64,000 bases of DNA from positions 45,260,001 to 45,324,000 of the forward strand of contig OX597830.1 of assembly GCA_951406725.2 (NCBI GenBank). Direction: 5' to 3'. Source of the stretch: Octopus vulgaris. Taxonomy: Eukaryota. This document shows, one piece after another, positions 26,501 to 40,833 of this stretch. A program made the position numbers and the translations under genes. The notes beneath the pieces were generated by a model. The model was given only the letters and a program-made list of their open reading frames with translations, had not been told where the DNA came from and made no database searches. Every line of letters starts with the position of its first letter. Positions within the stretch are counted from its first letter, which is position 1.

Positions 26501-28255
26501 ATGGATGAAAATCTGAAACCTCTTTAAAATGCAACACTAAAGCAGTTGAGGTCATTTATTAAACGTCCAATAATATCAAGATTCAAACATAGACTTCCGA
26601 ATGATAAGTATAAAAAAATGTATTAATATATTCTTTTGATACTATAAATATATAGGCAACCCATTCAAAAATAAAACTACACACTTTGAATTTTTTTCAA
26701 ATCTCAGTAATCAATATCCACAAGTTTCGTATTTGCAATAGCAGAAATTCTAAAACCAAAATTCCTTGCACAGATTATGGTAACATAAAGGTGACAATTC
26801 AACAGTGTTATATTTTACAGGGTTTTTTTTTTCTCAAGAGTCAATCACAGTATTACTACATTTCAAATGGCCATAAGGACAAGGGATTTCCTATGTAACA
26901 CTGGTGCAACAAGTAACAGTTTATAGACATTCTAAATGATGCTTTCATTTTTCGCCGAAACACAAACACACACGTATACAGTTGCCGTGGACCAAATTGC
27001 TTCTAAAACGCCATTGGTCGATCTGAGGCAAGCTAGAAGATATCTGTCCAATGTGCTGCGCTTTGAAATCGAACCTTGAACCAATAGGCATAAAGCAGAC
27101 TTCGTAGACTCAGTCATACTTGCATATATCTTCACACAATAAAAATAAATCTACCATCTTCTATTCATTGTTTCTTCGTGTTAGTTTAGTTATTACAAAT
27201 TTATCATATTGAATACAAATTTACTCATTCAGTAAAGCTTTGCCACTATTTCTATATACCTTTTTTTTTTTCAGAATCTATTTATTTTTTAAGTGTCATT
27301 TTGTTATATTTAATTGGTCTTACTTTTGTTTTATCTTCTTTATCTTCATTAGTTTGTAAGGTACTCCGATCGCCGTGATTTTACTGCCGTCTGACACACG
27401 ATACCATCCTTCCTGAGCGTTGATGTATGTTGGGGTCAGTACAATTGAGACAAGAATTCGAACCTAGTAAATAAAGCAGAAAACATTAATAAACTAAAAA
27501 ATACATGTAAGCCTATTTTGGCAATATTAAAACTGCTCTTTAAAGAAATGATGTAAACGAGCAAGTTCATAAAATTGTTTAATTCATCTTTACTTCCGCA
27601 GTAGTGCTTGAATAAAAGGTATTTTTTAGGGATGTGAAAATGTAAAGTAAAAATGTCACAGAAATGCTGTTTAAGAATAAACCTACGAGAAATGATTTCT
27701 GACATCAGACTGTTTTTGTTTTGTCTTTCTTGATCAAAACTGTCGTGAAGCCAAGCTAGTTATAGCAAGCACTACAGTCTATCACTCATAGCCACAGCAA
27801 ATAGCGACTAAATTGTAAAATTATTTAAGAGGATCAAGTTGCACATAGTTTCATACAATCTAGCCAAAGGAAATTCAAATAATTTAATCTCAAGAAACAA
27901 TCTAAGCTGCACATCTGTAAAGTACTGCTATAAAAACTAGCAAACTATAGCCACTGGGATCTGCCTTTACGCATTAAACAATGACACTTGCTTGAATGTT
28001 GTTTATTTTAGGAAGAAGCAAGTCAGTAGCTCCAGATTTTAATCTTGTGTCTGTACTCTCTTCCTCTCTCTCATTAACTCTCTCCCCTTCTCCCTCCTCT
28101 CTCTCATTTATCTACTTCAAAAACAATATTTCAGCAGTTTGTTTTTTAACAGAACGTAAGATGAACTGTTATTTTTGTTGTTAATCTGCTATAGTGTATA
28201 TAAACGTATTCAATCATACACACATATATATATACATATCTGTGTGTGTGTGTGT

Positions 28256-29580
28256 GTCATTATTCAGTTTTATTTCAAGATGTCTTGCCAATAGAGAAAG
28301 AACCGGTTTCTAACCTAGATCCAAGGTTCCTTCATTGGAATTTCAACATCAACAACAGGATATTTTTGTACGTGTGTATTTTTGCATGTGTGTATATATG
28401 TATATATGTATGTGCAGATTTGTATGTTTTATGTATGTATTCTCACGCATATAGTTGCATATCTAGATATGCTCATATATATTTAAATGATAAACTTCTG
28501 GAATATTTTACAGATTTGTACAGTTCCAGTGATGGATTGCAACTGTAATCTTCGAATCAACTTTCTCCTTTCCGGTTTTAAGAAGTCTACTTTATCAAGA
28601 TTGGTATTTAGGTAGTGTGTTACATATCCCAGTGCCTAAATAATCTGGATAGAGTAACTGCAGATTCCTCAATAGTTCAGCGTAGGTATACTCTTTTTCA
28701 CTGATCTTGAGCTGGCAGCTAATTTCCATCACTGTAGTTTCTCTTCTCCATCCCAAATCATTATATCAGGTCTCTTGTACTTACATTTTATTACGATTTT
28801 CACTGGGACGTTTTACCATTATTCCTATTTATTATGAGTGGCTATAGGTTCTACCATACTGTGGGTACTTATTTCTTTGTCCTCGGGGTAATCCTTTCGA
28901 TAGATTTCATTATATAGTGTCCTAACTACAACATAATGTTTCATCGGTAGATAATACCATGAGGGCATATTAGGACAACCATTTTATGATATGATGTGAG
29001 TGATATCTTCGGTATTAACTCCACAAAGTCTGCATCGGTTATCACATTTTACTGATTTTCCTGCATCTCTGTCCCTTTTGTGCATGAGGTATTTGGTTGA
29101 TATTTCCTGTTCCTGGATTGCAGATGCATACCCTTCAAAGTGAGAGTTCGTAATCTGGTTATTGGTCCATGACAGACTGCTTTGATGATCAATGTTACTA
29201 TCATCTCGCCGCTTTCTACTAACATATCCATGCATGTCTTCTGCGCATGTATGCTCATCCTTTCATCTGATGATACGCTACGGTAGAATTGTGCGAAATT
29301 TGTTTACCTGTTGCGCTGCTGTCTTCGTTTTATTCATCGGTTCTGTTGATGTTGTGTTCAGCCATCTTGTTTGTTGTAGCTCTGTGAATGCTAGATTGTA
29401 GTTTCAGTCAAAAATTACTACGATCGTGAATAAAAGGCTCCCTCTGTTAATTCATCTGAAGATTAAGCAGTTATTTAACAGGGCTGATAGTTGTGGCTCT
29501 AAAGTTGGGGATAGTATTCATCGTATTTTCGATAGTCTCCCACGCCAAACATGCGACTTGTCGCTTCGAGTGTGGTATGT
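28256..29580 (-). mobile_element. Internally deleted RLE retrotransposon (putative 5' UTR joined to CCHC/RLE region and 3' UTR)
   Basis: SAIQEQEISTKY..CRLCGVNTEDITHII; 3' UTR shared with 29580 and 43075; 5' segment shared with 59405. Confidence 0.8.
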
Positions 29581-29941
29581 ATGTCATTATTCAGTTTATT
29601 TCAAGATTTCTTGCCAATAGAGAAAGAACCGGTTTCTAACCTAGATCCAAGGTTCCTTCATTGGAATTTCAACATCAACAACAGGATATTTTTGTACGTG
29701 TGTATTTTTGTATGTGTGTATATATGTATGTATGTATGTGCAGATTTGTATGTTTTATGTATGTATTCTCACGCATATAGTTGCATATCTAGATATGCTC
29801 ATATATATTTAAATGATAAACTTCTGGGAAGTTTTACAGATTTTTACAGCTCCAGTGATGGATTGGATCTTCTTTCTCCTTTCTGGTTTTGAGAAGCCTA
29901 ATTTCTCAAGATTGGCATTTAGGCAGTGTGTTACATATTCC

Positions 29942-29945
<4 letters not shown>
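29580..29945 (-). mobile_element. RLE retrotransposon 3' end, tandem copy
   Basis: IQSITGAVKICKT; 3' UTR nearly identical to 28256-28550. Confidence 0.85.
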
Positions 29946-29972
<27 letters not shown>

Positions 29973-31220
29973 TGTATGTATGTATGTATGTATTGTTGTT
30001 ATCTACATAGGAGAAAAGAAAATGAATATGATAGTCGAATGATCTGACTGTCAACAGGAAACACAGTAACTGCATCATTTCATAAGGTCAGGCATATTGT
30101 CAAATAAAAACAATTTCTGATGTGTGTCGTGTGTGTCAGTGCGCATAACACAGGGAAAATAACCGAGTAACGCTTTCTGTTCGATGCTAGAAATATCGCA
30201 AAATATATTTATCTTCATGAATAGTGGTAAAGAATTTTTTAAATTTATTCATATCAACATATATATCATAAAGATAAAGGTAGCCATACATATACAACGA
30301 GCCTGTATACAGACATCACCAGAAACAAACATTTTTATATATGTTTGTATATATGTATGTTTACGTGCATGTACATACATGTATATGTGCACACAAACAC
30401 ATACACTTTATCTCAATCAACTTGAGCTGTTTTCATATTTTAAAAATATTACATAATCATTAAAGAAGCTGCTGTTAGGCGAGGTATATTTATCTGCTGT
30501 AAAGATAAACTGGAAGAAGACATCAAACGTTAGATACCAGCTATCAAAAACAAACAGATTGGATATAATCTTGATTGCATTTCTGATATGAGCACAAACG
30601 TTTATATTAATCCAACGAAGTATTCAACCACATTTCCCTTTGCTTTCCGCCTATTTGTATTGCAAGAGTCCTTAAAAGTTTGAAAACTATGGGCAACACT
30701 TTATTATAAACAACCACGAGAATACCTTTTGTTATGGGAACTCTTCTATAAAATCTACTTAACTTCCCAAATATCTCCGTCTTTCAGTGTTCTACATATA
30801 TTTTTTTTTGTGTGTATAACATATATTCTATACTCAATGTAAATAAGAATAGATTTCTTGCCAAGCAGTTTTCCAGGGAAAAAATTTTATGGAATATATT
30901 ATCGCCATTCCGCAAACGTAATGTTTTCCTTTGCAGTAGCGTAACCGATTTGTTATCTGATAATAAACTTCATTGATATAGAATATGTATGAATGAATGT
31001 ATGTATATACGTATGTATGTATATATGTATTTACACACACGAATAGACACACACAGACACATTATATATTATTTGACGATCCTTGATCTGTAGTAACCTT
31101 TCATCACTCAATAACCATATATAGTGCATAGGACTATCACCTTTCATTCTCTCCTACCAACTGGCATGCTGGCATTTGAGTAATATTTCTCTGTGTGTAT
31201 GTGTGTGTGCGCGCGCGTAA

Positions 31221-31287
<67 letters not shown>

Positions 31288-31290
31288 CAT

Positions 31291-31506
31291 ATAGTTAATC
31301 CAAACAAGAAAGCACAAAAAAGCACAACAACGCGAGGACGTGGAACAAATATAGTATTATTGGACGCTCAGGAAACAAGGAAAGAAGGAGGGTTTAACGT
31401 TTCGAGCGGAGCTCTTCGTCGGAAACATAGGAGAAAGAAAGATTCAGAGAAGGGAAGACAGAGGGAAAGAAATCGCCAACGGTACACACGCGGTCACATT
31501 TTGAAT
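31291..31506 (-). mobile_element. TA-embedded Penelope-type tail with core-variant hammerhead (31392-31426)
   Basis: Minus strand GTTT-CCGACGA-aGAGC(tcc)GCTC-GAAA-CG-TT-AAAC; (TA)n on both sides. Confidence 0.7.
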
Positions 31507-31529
31507 ACATATATATATATATATATATA

Positions 31530-31913
31530 CTAGCAGTATCGCCCGGCGTTGCTCGGGTTTGTAAGGGAAATAACTATAAAGCATTTTTAGAGAGTTATAG
31601 CCAAAAAATAGCAAAAAAATGGGGGGAAAATTATGGTAAAATTTTTTTGAGAGTTAAAAAGGTCGAGTTGCGTCCCATAGACAGTCTGTGGTTTGTGTTT
31701 CTGATTCTCGACCCCATGTCGAATTTATCGATTTTTTTCAGAACTGGGGGAACGTTTCAAAATTTTCTCTGCGTTAGTTTTGAATTATGACATTGGGCTG
31801 TGTGTGTGTCAAGTTTCATCAGAATCGGTTGAAAGCCGTGGTCAGGGTGAGGGTACAACCTAACAGACACACAGAAACACACACAGACAAACTGCCGTTT
31901 ATATATAGAGAGA
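31530..31913 (-). mobile_element. Non-autonomous Helitron-type element
   Basis: Minus strand 5'-TC start, subterminal hairpin CCCGAGCAACGCCGGG, 3'-CTAG end, A|T target; copies at 46463 and 63951. Confidence 0.85.
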
Positions 31914-33555
31914 TTACATAATTAAAACTAGGAAATATTGAATATTTTCGTGACAGACAAAACAGCTATATAAAAAAAAAGTAATTACCATAGAGACACT
32001 TTATGTGTACTAAATTGAAAAGGTGAAATATTCGTGGTCTCTTTGGTGTAGAGGCTAGCACGGTCGTCAGAATTACAAGAGTTTGTGGCTCAGTTCCCAT
32101 GGTTGCTGTTGTGCACATTATTTTTCGATCTTGGATTCATACTTAAAAATGATTTAATTTAACGTTTGTAGACAGGTTTCAGGCATTAGTGAGACACGCA
32201 AATGATTTTCTAATTGATCTAAAGACCAGAGGCATATCTGATAGAGGAGCAAGGAAAGCGACCCCCCCCCCACCTCCTAGAACATTTTTCAAAATTGGCG
32301 CCTTTTATTAAATGTACAAACAATGAGTTAAACATTGTTTGGTATGCGCCACTGAGCCTTCTTTTATTATATCCTCGTCCCCACAATTGTAGAGTCGGGC
32401 TTCGCCCCTACTAATGAGCCCAGTATCTGAATTTGACATTTAATCTATCGTCCTACATTTTAATAAGTGTCTGAGTTATCTTTGTAACTATCACTTTTAT
32501 CTTCGATCCGGTGTTACACGATACATAAATCCGTAACCACGTCATTTTCGAATACGGCTACGCATTTCGCCCGGTTTGTTAACGTTTCTGCCAGCTCGCC
32601 GCCTTCTAGCAGCAATAGCAACCACGTACCACGACCTACACCTAACTGTCCAGAAAAGGAAGGATGCATTGTGCTACAGAAACATCAGAGCGTCTGGAAA
32701 ATGCCATTTGGTACTTGTTGCAGTTCTTCACATGCTGAGTTCAAATCCTTCCGAGGTCAGCTTTGCTTTTCATCTCTCCGACGTCGATAAAACAAAGCAA
32801 CAGTCAAGTGGTGGAGTCCCCTCAAAATTAAATTCTGCAAAATGTTTTGTTTTTTGTTTTCAATTCTATTTACTCAGTAAATGTTGTAAAAGAATAATAC
32901 TAACAATATTTTTTTATTACCTCTTCATAAAATTAATTGTTGCTGCTGCAATAAAATAGCATATTTGGTGATAAAGATTTCTTTTAAAAATTGTAATCTA
33001 TTACAAACATTAAAAAATACTATTTAGCTTTGAAAACATAAATAAATAATTTATACGGCTTGGAATTAAGTTAGAGAATATAAGCAGGTAAAAAATAAAA
33101 GTGTCTGCTTCTCTGGATTCCTTTTGAAGGGAAAAAAATCATCAAGTTGAAAAAAAATGCAAGGTTAATGACGAGCAGAAACAGATTTTGTTTGTAACTG
33201 CTCCACTCGTTACGAGAAAAATTGAAATACAGTTCGGAAAACACATTAAGAGAATACAAGAGCCTTCAGATCCAAAACAGGGGAACAAATACAAATAAAA
33301 AAATGTAAAGCAGTAAAAAAAAAACACCCCATTCTCTTTTATGTAAAGACGAAGAAACAAATATAAACATAGAACAAAACAATCTGCATAGATACTAAAT
33401 GTAATACCTGACAAATACCTAAAAAAAAGAAGTCCCAGCAAAATATAAATAGTTGAAAAGAATGCGTCCAAAAATCTCTTTTAACCTTGGATAATCCAAC
33501 AGATAGCATGGGAAAATAATTCAAATTGCGTATATAAATACGCACACACATACGC

Positions 33556-33586
<31 letters not shown>

Positions 33587-34404
33587 CTAAAAAATGGGAT
33601 ACTCTGAAGAAAAAGTATTGGCGGTTTAAAAAAAGGTAACAGACCAGAAAAAGAGACCGGCCAGGAAGAAAGAATATAAAAGCATTTGTTGGGTGAAGTT
33701 TAGAAGACGTTATAAGAGTTTAGACGTAATAAGAGTCAGGGAAGCATAGCGGCATACCAGTCAACTAGAAACGAGAAAGCTATCATTATCTGTAGAGAAC
33801 GACTCGCTTCAGCTATTTAATAAGGGACCATTAAATAGTTACAAAATTCTTCACCGCAGTAATTAGAAAACCAGACACAACACCTGACTGAAGTTAGATC
33901 AACCTTAATAACTAAATCTCGGAATTTCAGACCTCACAAACACAATCCTACAAACATCTCAGAATATGTGTTAACTACACGTAAAACAACTCCCAAAAAT
34001 GAAATATAAGACAAAACTGTTATAGTTAATAGAATATTACAAAGAGAACAAAAAAATTTCAACAAGAATAAAAAAAACAACACTAACTACACCTTTTCAT
34101 TGCTTGCTCGACTGAAGGGAAGCATGGCAGGAGGAAATTATCTTCAAACAGGGGACCATATTGGAATACTTACAACAAGAATAAACTTCGCTAACGACAC
34201 CCAATAGTCATGTGACAGTGTAAAGCTGGGTGCCGAATTAAGTTTACTACCATACCACGAAGGTTTCCACACACCTTCAGTTAACAAAATTCGTTCTCAA
34301 GGCTTTGGTCAACTAAGTACATCGTAGTGGGATCGAGCCCAGTATCACGTAGTTGCAAGCAAAGTTTTTAACTAAACAACAAAAACTGCCCACCTACCCC
34401 TACA

Positions 34405-34795
34405 TTATCTTTTCTACTCTAGGCACAACGCCCGAAATTTGGGGGGAGGAGCCAGTCTATTAGATCGGCCCCAGTACGCAACTGGTTCTTAATTTATCGA
34501 CCCCGAAAGGCAAAGTCGACCTCCGCGGAATTTGAACTCAGAACGTAAAGACAGACGAAATACCTATTCCTTTACTACCCACAAGGGGCTAAACACAGAG
34601 AGGACAAACAAAGACAGACAAACGGATTAAGTCGATTACCTCGATCCCAGTGCGTAACTGGTACTTAATTTGTCGACCCCGAAAGGATGAAAGGCAAAGT
34701 CGACCTCAGCGGAATTTGAACTCAGAACGTAACGGTAGACGAAATACGGCTACGCATTTCGCCCGACGTGCTAACGTTTCTGCCAGCTCGCCGCT
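34405..34795 (-). mobile_element. SINE family A, dimeric
   Basis: Reverse complement of the dimers at 19152 and 35791. Confidence 0.9.
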
Positions 34796-35790
34796 TTGAG
34801 ACAGTAGATATGGGACTTTTCCTTGTTTAAGACACAGTGAGGTAAAAGTTGGGAGGAATTTTTGTTATTATTTCAAGCAGATCAAGCACGTTGAGGCACT
34901 CTTGGTGTTACTCGAAGACAGAAATGAAACGTGGTGTCTTCTTGCCGCAGAGCTCCCAGTGAGATAACTGCTAACTCTGAAGTCCTGTATTTCTATATAT
35001 ATAACATTATAATTCTTGCAAATTGTTTGTCACATCATGCTACCATTCATAATCGATCAAGGGTTAAAGGTCACCTACTTAAGTCCTTCCAAAAGAAATA
35101 AGAAGTTAATTAAAAAGAAATAATGTTTCGTCAGGAGGCGACTGTAGTCAGAAGTGCTGTAAAAGCTATCAGTCACATTGACGTCACTATCAAAATCAAT
35201 GTCACTGATATTCAGATTGAAAATCTGATTTTCTGTGGACCAAAACTTATAGGGAAACTTCGAGTAAGTTCCAAAAGATTACAATTCAGAAGAGAAGTAC
35301 TTGGTGGAAGCATTTCATGAGGATTTTATGTGGTGACCTACGTAAAGAATAACGGAAGGCAGAGATGAAGATTGATTTAAAGGGTTTAAATAAGGAAGGC
35401 GCAGTTTGCTAGTTCAGAACGGAACAGTACTAACAGTAAAAAAAGAGAGATCGAAGTGTGACAATATGAAATGGTTTGCTTATCAGTATATATTGCTTTG
35501 TTTTGGATGCAGTTTAGAATGTAAGTATAGCGGTTGCTCCAGCCAGACACATGAGCAGTACTCATTTATTGCTTTATAGAGTAACATTTCTGTTCTGATA
35601 TTGAGTACCTTCTTGCCGGGGAGGGAAGGTGTAGCGCTTTAGCTATGTTATAGTTATTTACTAAAACTGTTCACCTAGGAAATGTACCGCAAGTGAAAAA
35701 AGAAACCCTGCAACATCACCACTAAAATAAAACAAATTGGAAACTGGATGAATAGTAGCATTACCAATAAAATAGTACAAGCAATGGTTG

Positions 35791-36166
35791 GCGGCGAGCT
35801 GGCAGAATACTTCGCCAGGTATTTTGTCTGCCGCTACGTTCTGAGTTCAAATTCCACCGAGGTCGACTTTGCCTTTCATCCTTTCGAGGTCGATTAAATA
35901 AGTACCAGTTACGCACTGGGGTCGATATAATCGGCTTAATCCGTTTGTCTGTCCTTGTTTGTCCTCTCTGTGTTTAGCCCCTTGTGGGTAGTAAAGAAAT
36001 GTGTATTTTGCCTGCCACTACGTTCCGAGTTCAAATTCCGCCGAGGTCGACTTTACCTTTCATCTTTTCGGAGTCGATTAAATAAGTACCAGTTACTCAC
36101 TGGAGTCGATGTAATCGACTTACCCCCTCCCCGCAAATTTCAGGCATTGTGCCTATAATAGAAAGG

Positions 36167-36201
<35 letters not shown>

Positions 36202-36340
36202 GACGGTGAGCTGACAGAACCGTTAGTACACTGGACAAAATGCTTAGCGGCATTGCATTCGTCTTGACATTCTGAGTTCAAATAACCTTCACCTTTTCGG
36301 GGTTGATAAAATAAGTAACGTTTGAGCACCGGGGTCGATG
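35791..36340 (+). mobile_element. SINE family A dimer, then (TTA)n and an older monomer
   Basis: GGCGGCGAGCTGGCAGAA head, two bodies and tail; second head at ~36202. Confidence 0.88.
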
Positions 36341-37119
36341 GTCTTCTGCCAAAATTTGTAACAATTATTATTGCTTAACGTTTGGGGTTTTTTTGCCAAA
36401 TCTTTTATAAATCTGTATTCAAAATTTATAATTTTATCTATCATACTTAGATTAAAAAGAATATATTTACTTCAAATATTTAATCCTAATTCACAGAACT
36501 ATTCAATAATCAAAAGATAACAGAATGACTGATTTCCTTTCAATGTTGTAGGAAAAGGTTTATAAGGGAAGTGTAGACTAAACTGAAAAGACCTCAGTAT
36601 ATTACTGTTATTTCCTTGCCCCGGGAGAGAAAAAGGTGATTCAAATGTTAACCCCTGTAATTTTAAGAATGAAATTAAATAAATGCTTAACAAGCTCTTC
36701 ATACTGTCTACTCTCATTTGTCTCACCGCCTTAAATTAGATATTTTAAAGTACATTTATTATTAAGGAAAAGGAAAATATTTCGACTGGGAATAGAAATA
36801 AGATCGTAGGTTCAGATAAAAGGAAACTGCTTCCCTCTACAACAAGAGTGATGACCCTAATAAAGGAATTAATAAACCTAAAAGATGAAACTTGTCTTAG
36901 ATCCCGGTGATTTGGTGCTATGCTATCTGGATTTTGTTTTCCCCGTAACCTACAAAAGTATCAGTTATAACATTCATGAGAAAGTCATAACCTTCAAAAT
37001 ATTGCTATTTACCAATTGGTACCAAATTGAGGTCAAACAGATTGACCCGAAGTAATAAAATAAAAGTTTTCTTTCGTGAAATATCTACTTCATAAATCCC
37101 TGTCAAAAATCAGATCCTC

Positions 37120-37305
37120 ATGGGAGGAGGGGGGGAAAGTCGATTACATAGACTCAAGTGCTCCATTGGTACTTATTTTATCGACCCCGAAAGGGATGAA
37201 AGGCAAAGTCAACCTCAGCGGAATTTGAACTCAGAATGTAAAGAAGGACAAAAGGCTGCTAAGCATTTTTTGCCCGGCGTGCTAACGATTCTGCCACTTC
37301 ACCGT
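37120..37305 (-). mobile_element. SINE family A, decayed monomer
   Basis: TCGACCCCGAAAGGGATGAAAGGCAAAGTC..GAATTTGAACTCAGAA. Confidence 0.8.
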
Positions 37306-39309
37306 CTTAGTTATTTTAAATATAAATACCTGAAACTAATACTAAATTTATCTATTTTTCTGAGATACGAAGTCATCATTAACCTCAGTATATTGCTGCT
37401 GTGTATGACTCTTTAACATGCATTTTATTCTAGAGCTGAATGGCAGAATTTGTAGAGTGTCGGACAAAGTAACTTGTGGCATTTGCATCCCTTCACGTTA
37501 TTGAAAGAAGCATAAACATACCATTAATCCCTTTTCTTCTGCAAATCTAAGATACTGAAACTAAGTACAAATAAACATAAATTACATACTATCGGATAAT
37601 TTCGGAAAACAGACGACCCATTTACATCACGCGCGCGTGTACAGCTAGTTGAAGTATTACTTCCACACAATCTAGAGCGTCATCATTATCATCATCATCT
37701 TCTTCCTCCTCATCATGTACCTTATCTGATGATGAAAGAAAGTCAGAAAAACTTGCTCTTGCATTTGCGATTTGAATTCTCCCATCGTTAAGAACCGCTT
37801 ACGTTTAGGCGCATTTGGCGTAGTAGACGCTCGGACATATAAATGGCGATGTTCGTAATTAGGTAAAAGTTTTGAAACATCTGTTGGTGATGTCCACCGT
37901 TTCTGGGTTTGTACGTCTGTGTGTGTGGGGGGGGAGGTTGTTCGTAAGCGAATACAAGACCCAGAGGTCTATGGAGTTAATATTTAATTCTAAATTATTA
38001 AAATCTAAATGGAGAAGGGTTAATCCTGGATCACAAAAGATTTAGAAGTATTCTCTGTAACCGAGTTATTATAATCCAGATCAAAATATTCTAAAGTGGG
38101 TGAGATAATCCTAGGTAGTTTTAATCCATTAAATACAACAATGGATTAAAACAAAAAGTTTTAATTCATTAAATATAACAGTCCCTATTATAGCTGTGGA
38201 ATCGTCCAAGGACCAACATCTGTGAGTTTTCATTTAGACATTACATACCTACATCTTTCCATACATACGTAGAAGTTCTACAGTATTATTGTTTGTTGTT
38301 GTTGCTGTTTTTGTTTGAATGTCTTTTTTCTTAATATATCTTTTAGGCAACCCAGTCACTGAAACTGCGTGCTTTGTAAACCTGTAATGAATCCGATAAT
38401 TGAAACTGCTGAAACTTTTCTAAGTCAAACTAAAATTCACTGTCTGTTAGGTTCCAGTTGAATGCTATCAAATCCAAGCAACATCCACGAATTATACATT
38501 TGCCATACAATAAACTCATACAGACAAACGGCAAACTGCCGGCATTCCAGAATATCACACCTATTACAATAGCAATATTCAAAAGTGATAAATTACACCA
38601 AGCAACTTAACAACAACAACAATAGAAGTGTTTAATAAAAACAATGCAAGCAGAAAAATGCATAACATCAAGATAGAAATGAGCAAAATATCAAAAAGTT
38701 TTTAAAAATTTGGATTATGGGTTACGATGTGAACATGTTATGACTATTGGCTTTTATCCCCATTAACGATTATTGGCTTTTATCTACATTAACATTAGAA
38801 AGTAGAGAAAATTGATTTCCGTCGGTTTTGAGGATGACGACTGATCGAATCCTGCGATCAACTGAACCACCAGCGTATTAGTGAGAGCATGAGTAGTTCA
38901 GATGCGAAGATTCATGTAGCTTTACTGTAATGGCGACGCAGATTCTACGCATTTTTACCTCTTGTTGGGTGGAGCACTATTTCATCCATAAAGAGCATAT
39001 TTGTGAGGTCGATGTAGAGAGTCTGCTTGCCTCTGCTCATGCAGTGACATACCTGAGAGAAGGCGATCTTTAGGTCATTGGGAACTAGGAAGGTTGAAGT
39101 AACCTAGAGGAAGCATGTGCAGGCTATCAAGGTAGGTTTATACTTATTCCAACCTTTTGGGACTCTTCGAATGGGTAGCCATGATTTGGAGCATCTGGTA
39201 AGTGATATACAGCACATGTTACCGTTTTGGTCTGTTTAATGTGTACTACCAGAGCATCACAAAATGAGTTTAGCGTGACAGTAGGAATACAGGCTACGTA
39301 TATATTCAC

Positions 39310-39817
39310 TACTTTACTCGTTTCAGTCGTTTGACTGTGGCCATGCTGGAGCACCACCTTTAGTCGAACAAATCGACCCCAGGATATATTCTTTGTAAGC
39401 CTAATACTTATTCTGTGGGTCCCTTTGGCCGAACCTCTATTCTACCGGGACATAAACACACAAACATCGGTTGTTAAGCGATGGTGGAAGGACAAACACT
39501 GAAGAGAAACGAAACCTTATTGGTTAAATTTCGAAATCATATGATAGGTTTTTATCAAATTACTTCATTCAATGAGTTTTATCTCGATGGAGAAAGATGT
39601 TGTGGCTTGCCTCTCGCAGTCCCTTTGAACATCTCATGAGGTTAGTGAATTTGTGTGGCTATTCGAGTTATATTTTTTAGTTCTTCTTTCTAGCAATTCT
39701 AGGTGCTACTTTGCACCCTTATTTATGTATTCTACCGTTTTGGTTTTTAATTGCTTTAGCCACCTATATTATGACATATTTAATATATCGTAATATTAAT
39801 TTATCGTTATATCTTAT

Positions 39818-39871
<54 letters not shown>

Positions 39872-40018
39872 CGACGGGCTTCTTTCAGTTTCCGTCTACC
39901 AAATCCACTCACAAGGCTTTGGTCAACCCATGGTTATAGTAGAAGATACTGGCCCAAGTTGCCACGCAGTAGGACTGAACCCAGAACCATGTGGTTGGGA
40001 AGCAAGCTTCTTACCACA

Positions 40019-40021
<3 letters not shown>
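39310..40021 (-). mobile_element. SINE family C split into a 3' part (39310-39500) and a 5' part (39870-40021)
   Basis: Both halves match the full copy at 62648-63085. Confidence 0.8.
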
Positions 40022-40062
<41 letters not shown>

Positions 40063-40282
40063 GTCATCCCACAAATACACATACATACATATACACATAT
40101 ACATACATAGATTCATACATACATATACACATACATAGATTCATACATACATACATATACACATACATACATTCATACATACATATACACATTCATACAT
40201 ACATACATATACACATACATACATTCATACATACATATACACATACATACATTCATACATACATATACACATACATACATTC

Positions 40283-40335
<53 letters not shown>

Positions 40336-40337
<2 letters not shown>

Positions 40338-40743
40338 AGGGTGAGTCAAAAAGTAATGCCATTTTGTTTAGGACGGCAAAATTACCAACACAGGAACATG
40401 TATCATACATCAAATTGAAGCTGGTTCTCTGTGGATCACATGCCTACTTCTCAACATAGTCCCCGTTTCTCTCAATACCAATTTCCACTTTCGAATGAGA
40501 GCATATATCCCTGCCCCGGAATATATGTGAAAACTGTAGTGAAGAAATGGCTCAAAGAACAGTCAACAGAATATTACGGGACAGGGATACGTGCTCTCAT
40601 TCGAAGGTGGAACATTGCTATTGAGACAAACAGTGACTATGTTGAGAAGTAGGGATGTGATCCAGCTTCATTTTGATACATGTTCCTATGTTGGTAATTA
40701 TACCTGCCTAAACAAAATGGCATTACTTTTTGACTCACCTTCG
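40336..40743 (+). mobile_element. Internally deleted mariner (MITE-like) with ~70-bp TIRs
   Basis: CGAGGGTGAGTCAAAAAGTAATGCCATTTTG / CAAAATGGCATTACTTTTTGACTCACCTTCG; C-terminal remnant GIRALIRRWNIAIETNSDYVEK. Confidence 0.9.
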
Positions 40744-40767
40744 TATATAATATAATATAATATAATA

Positions 40768-40822
<55 letters not shown>

Positions 40823-40833
40823 CACGCACGCAC

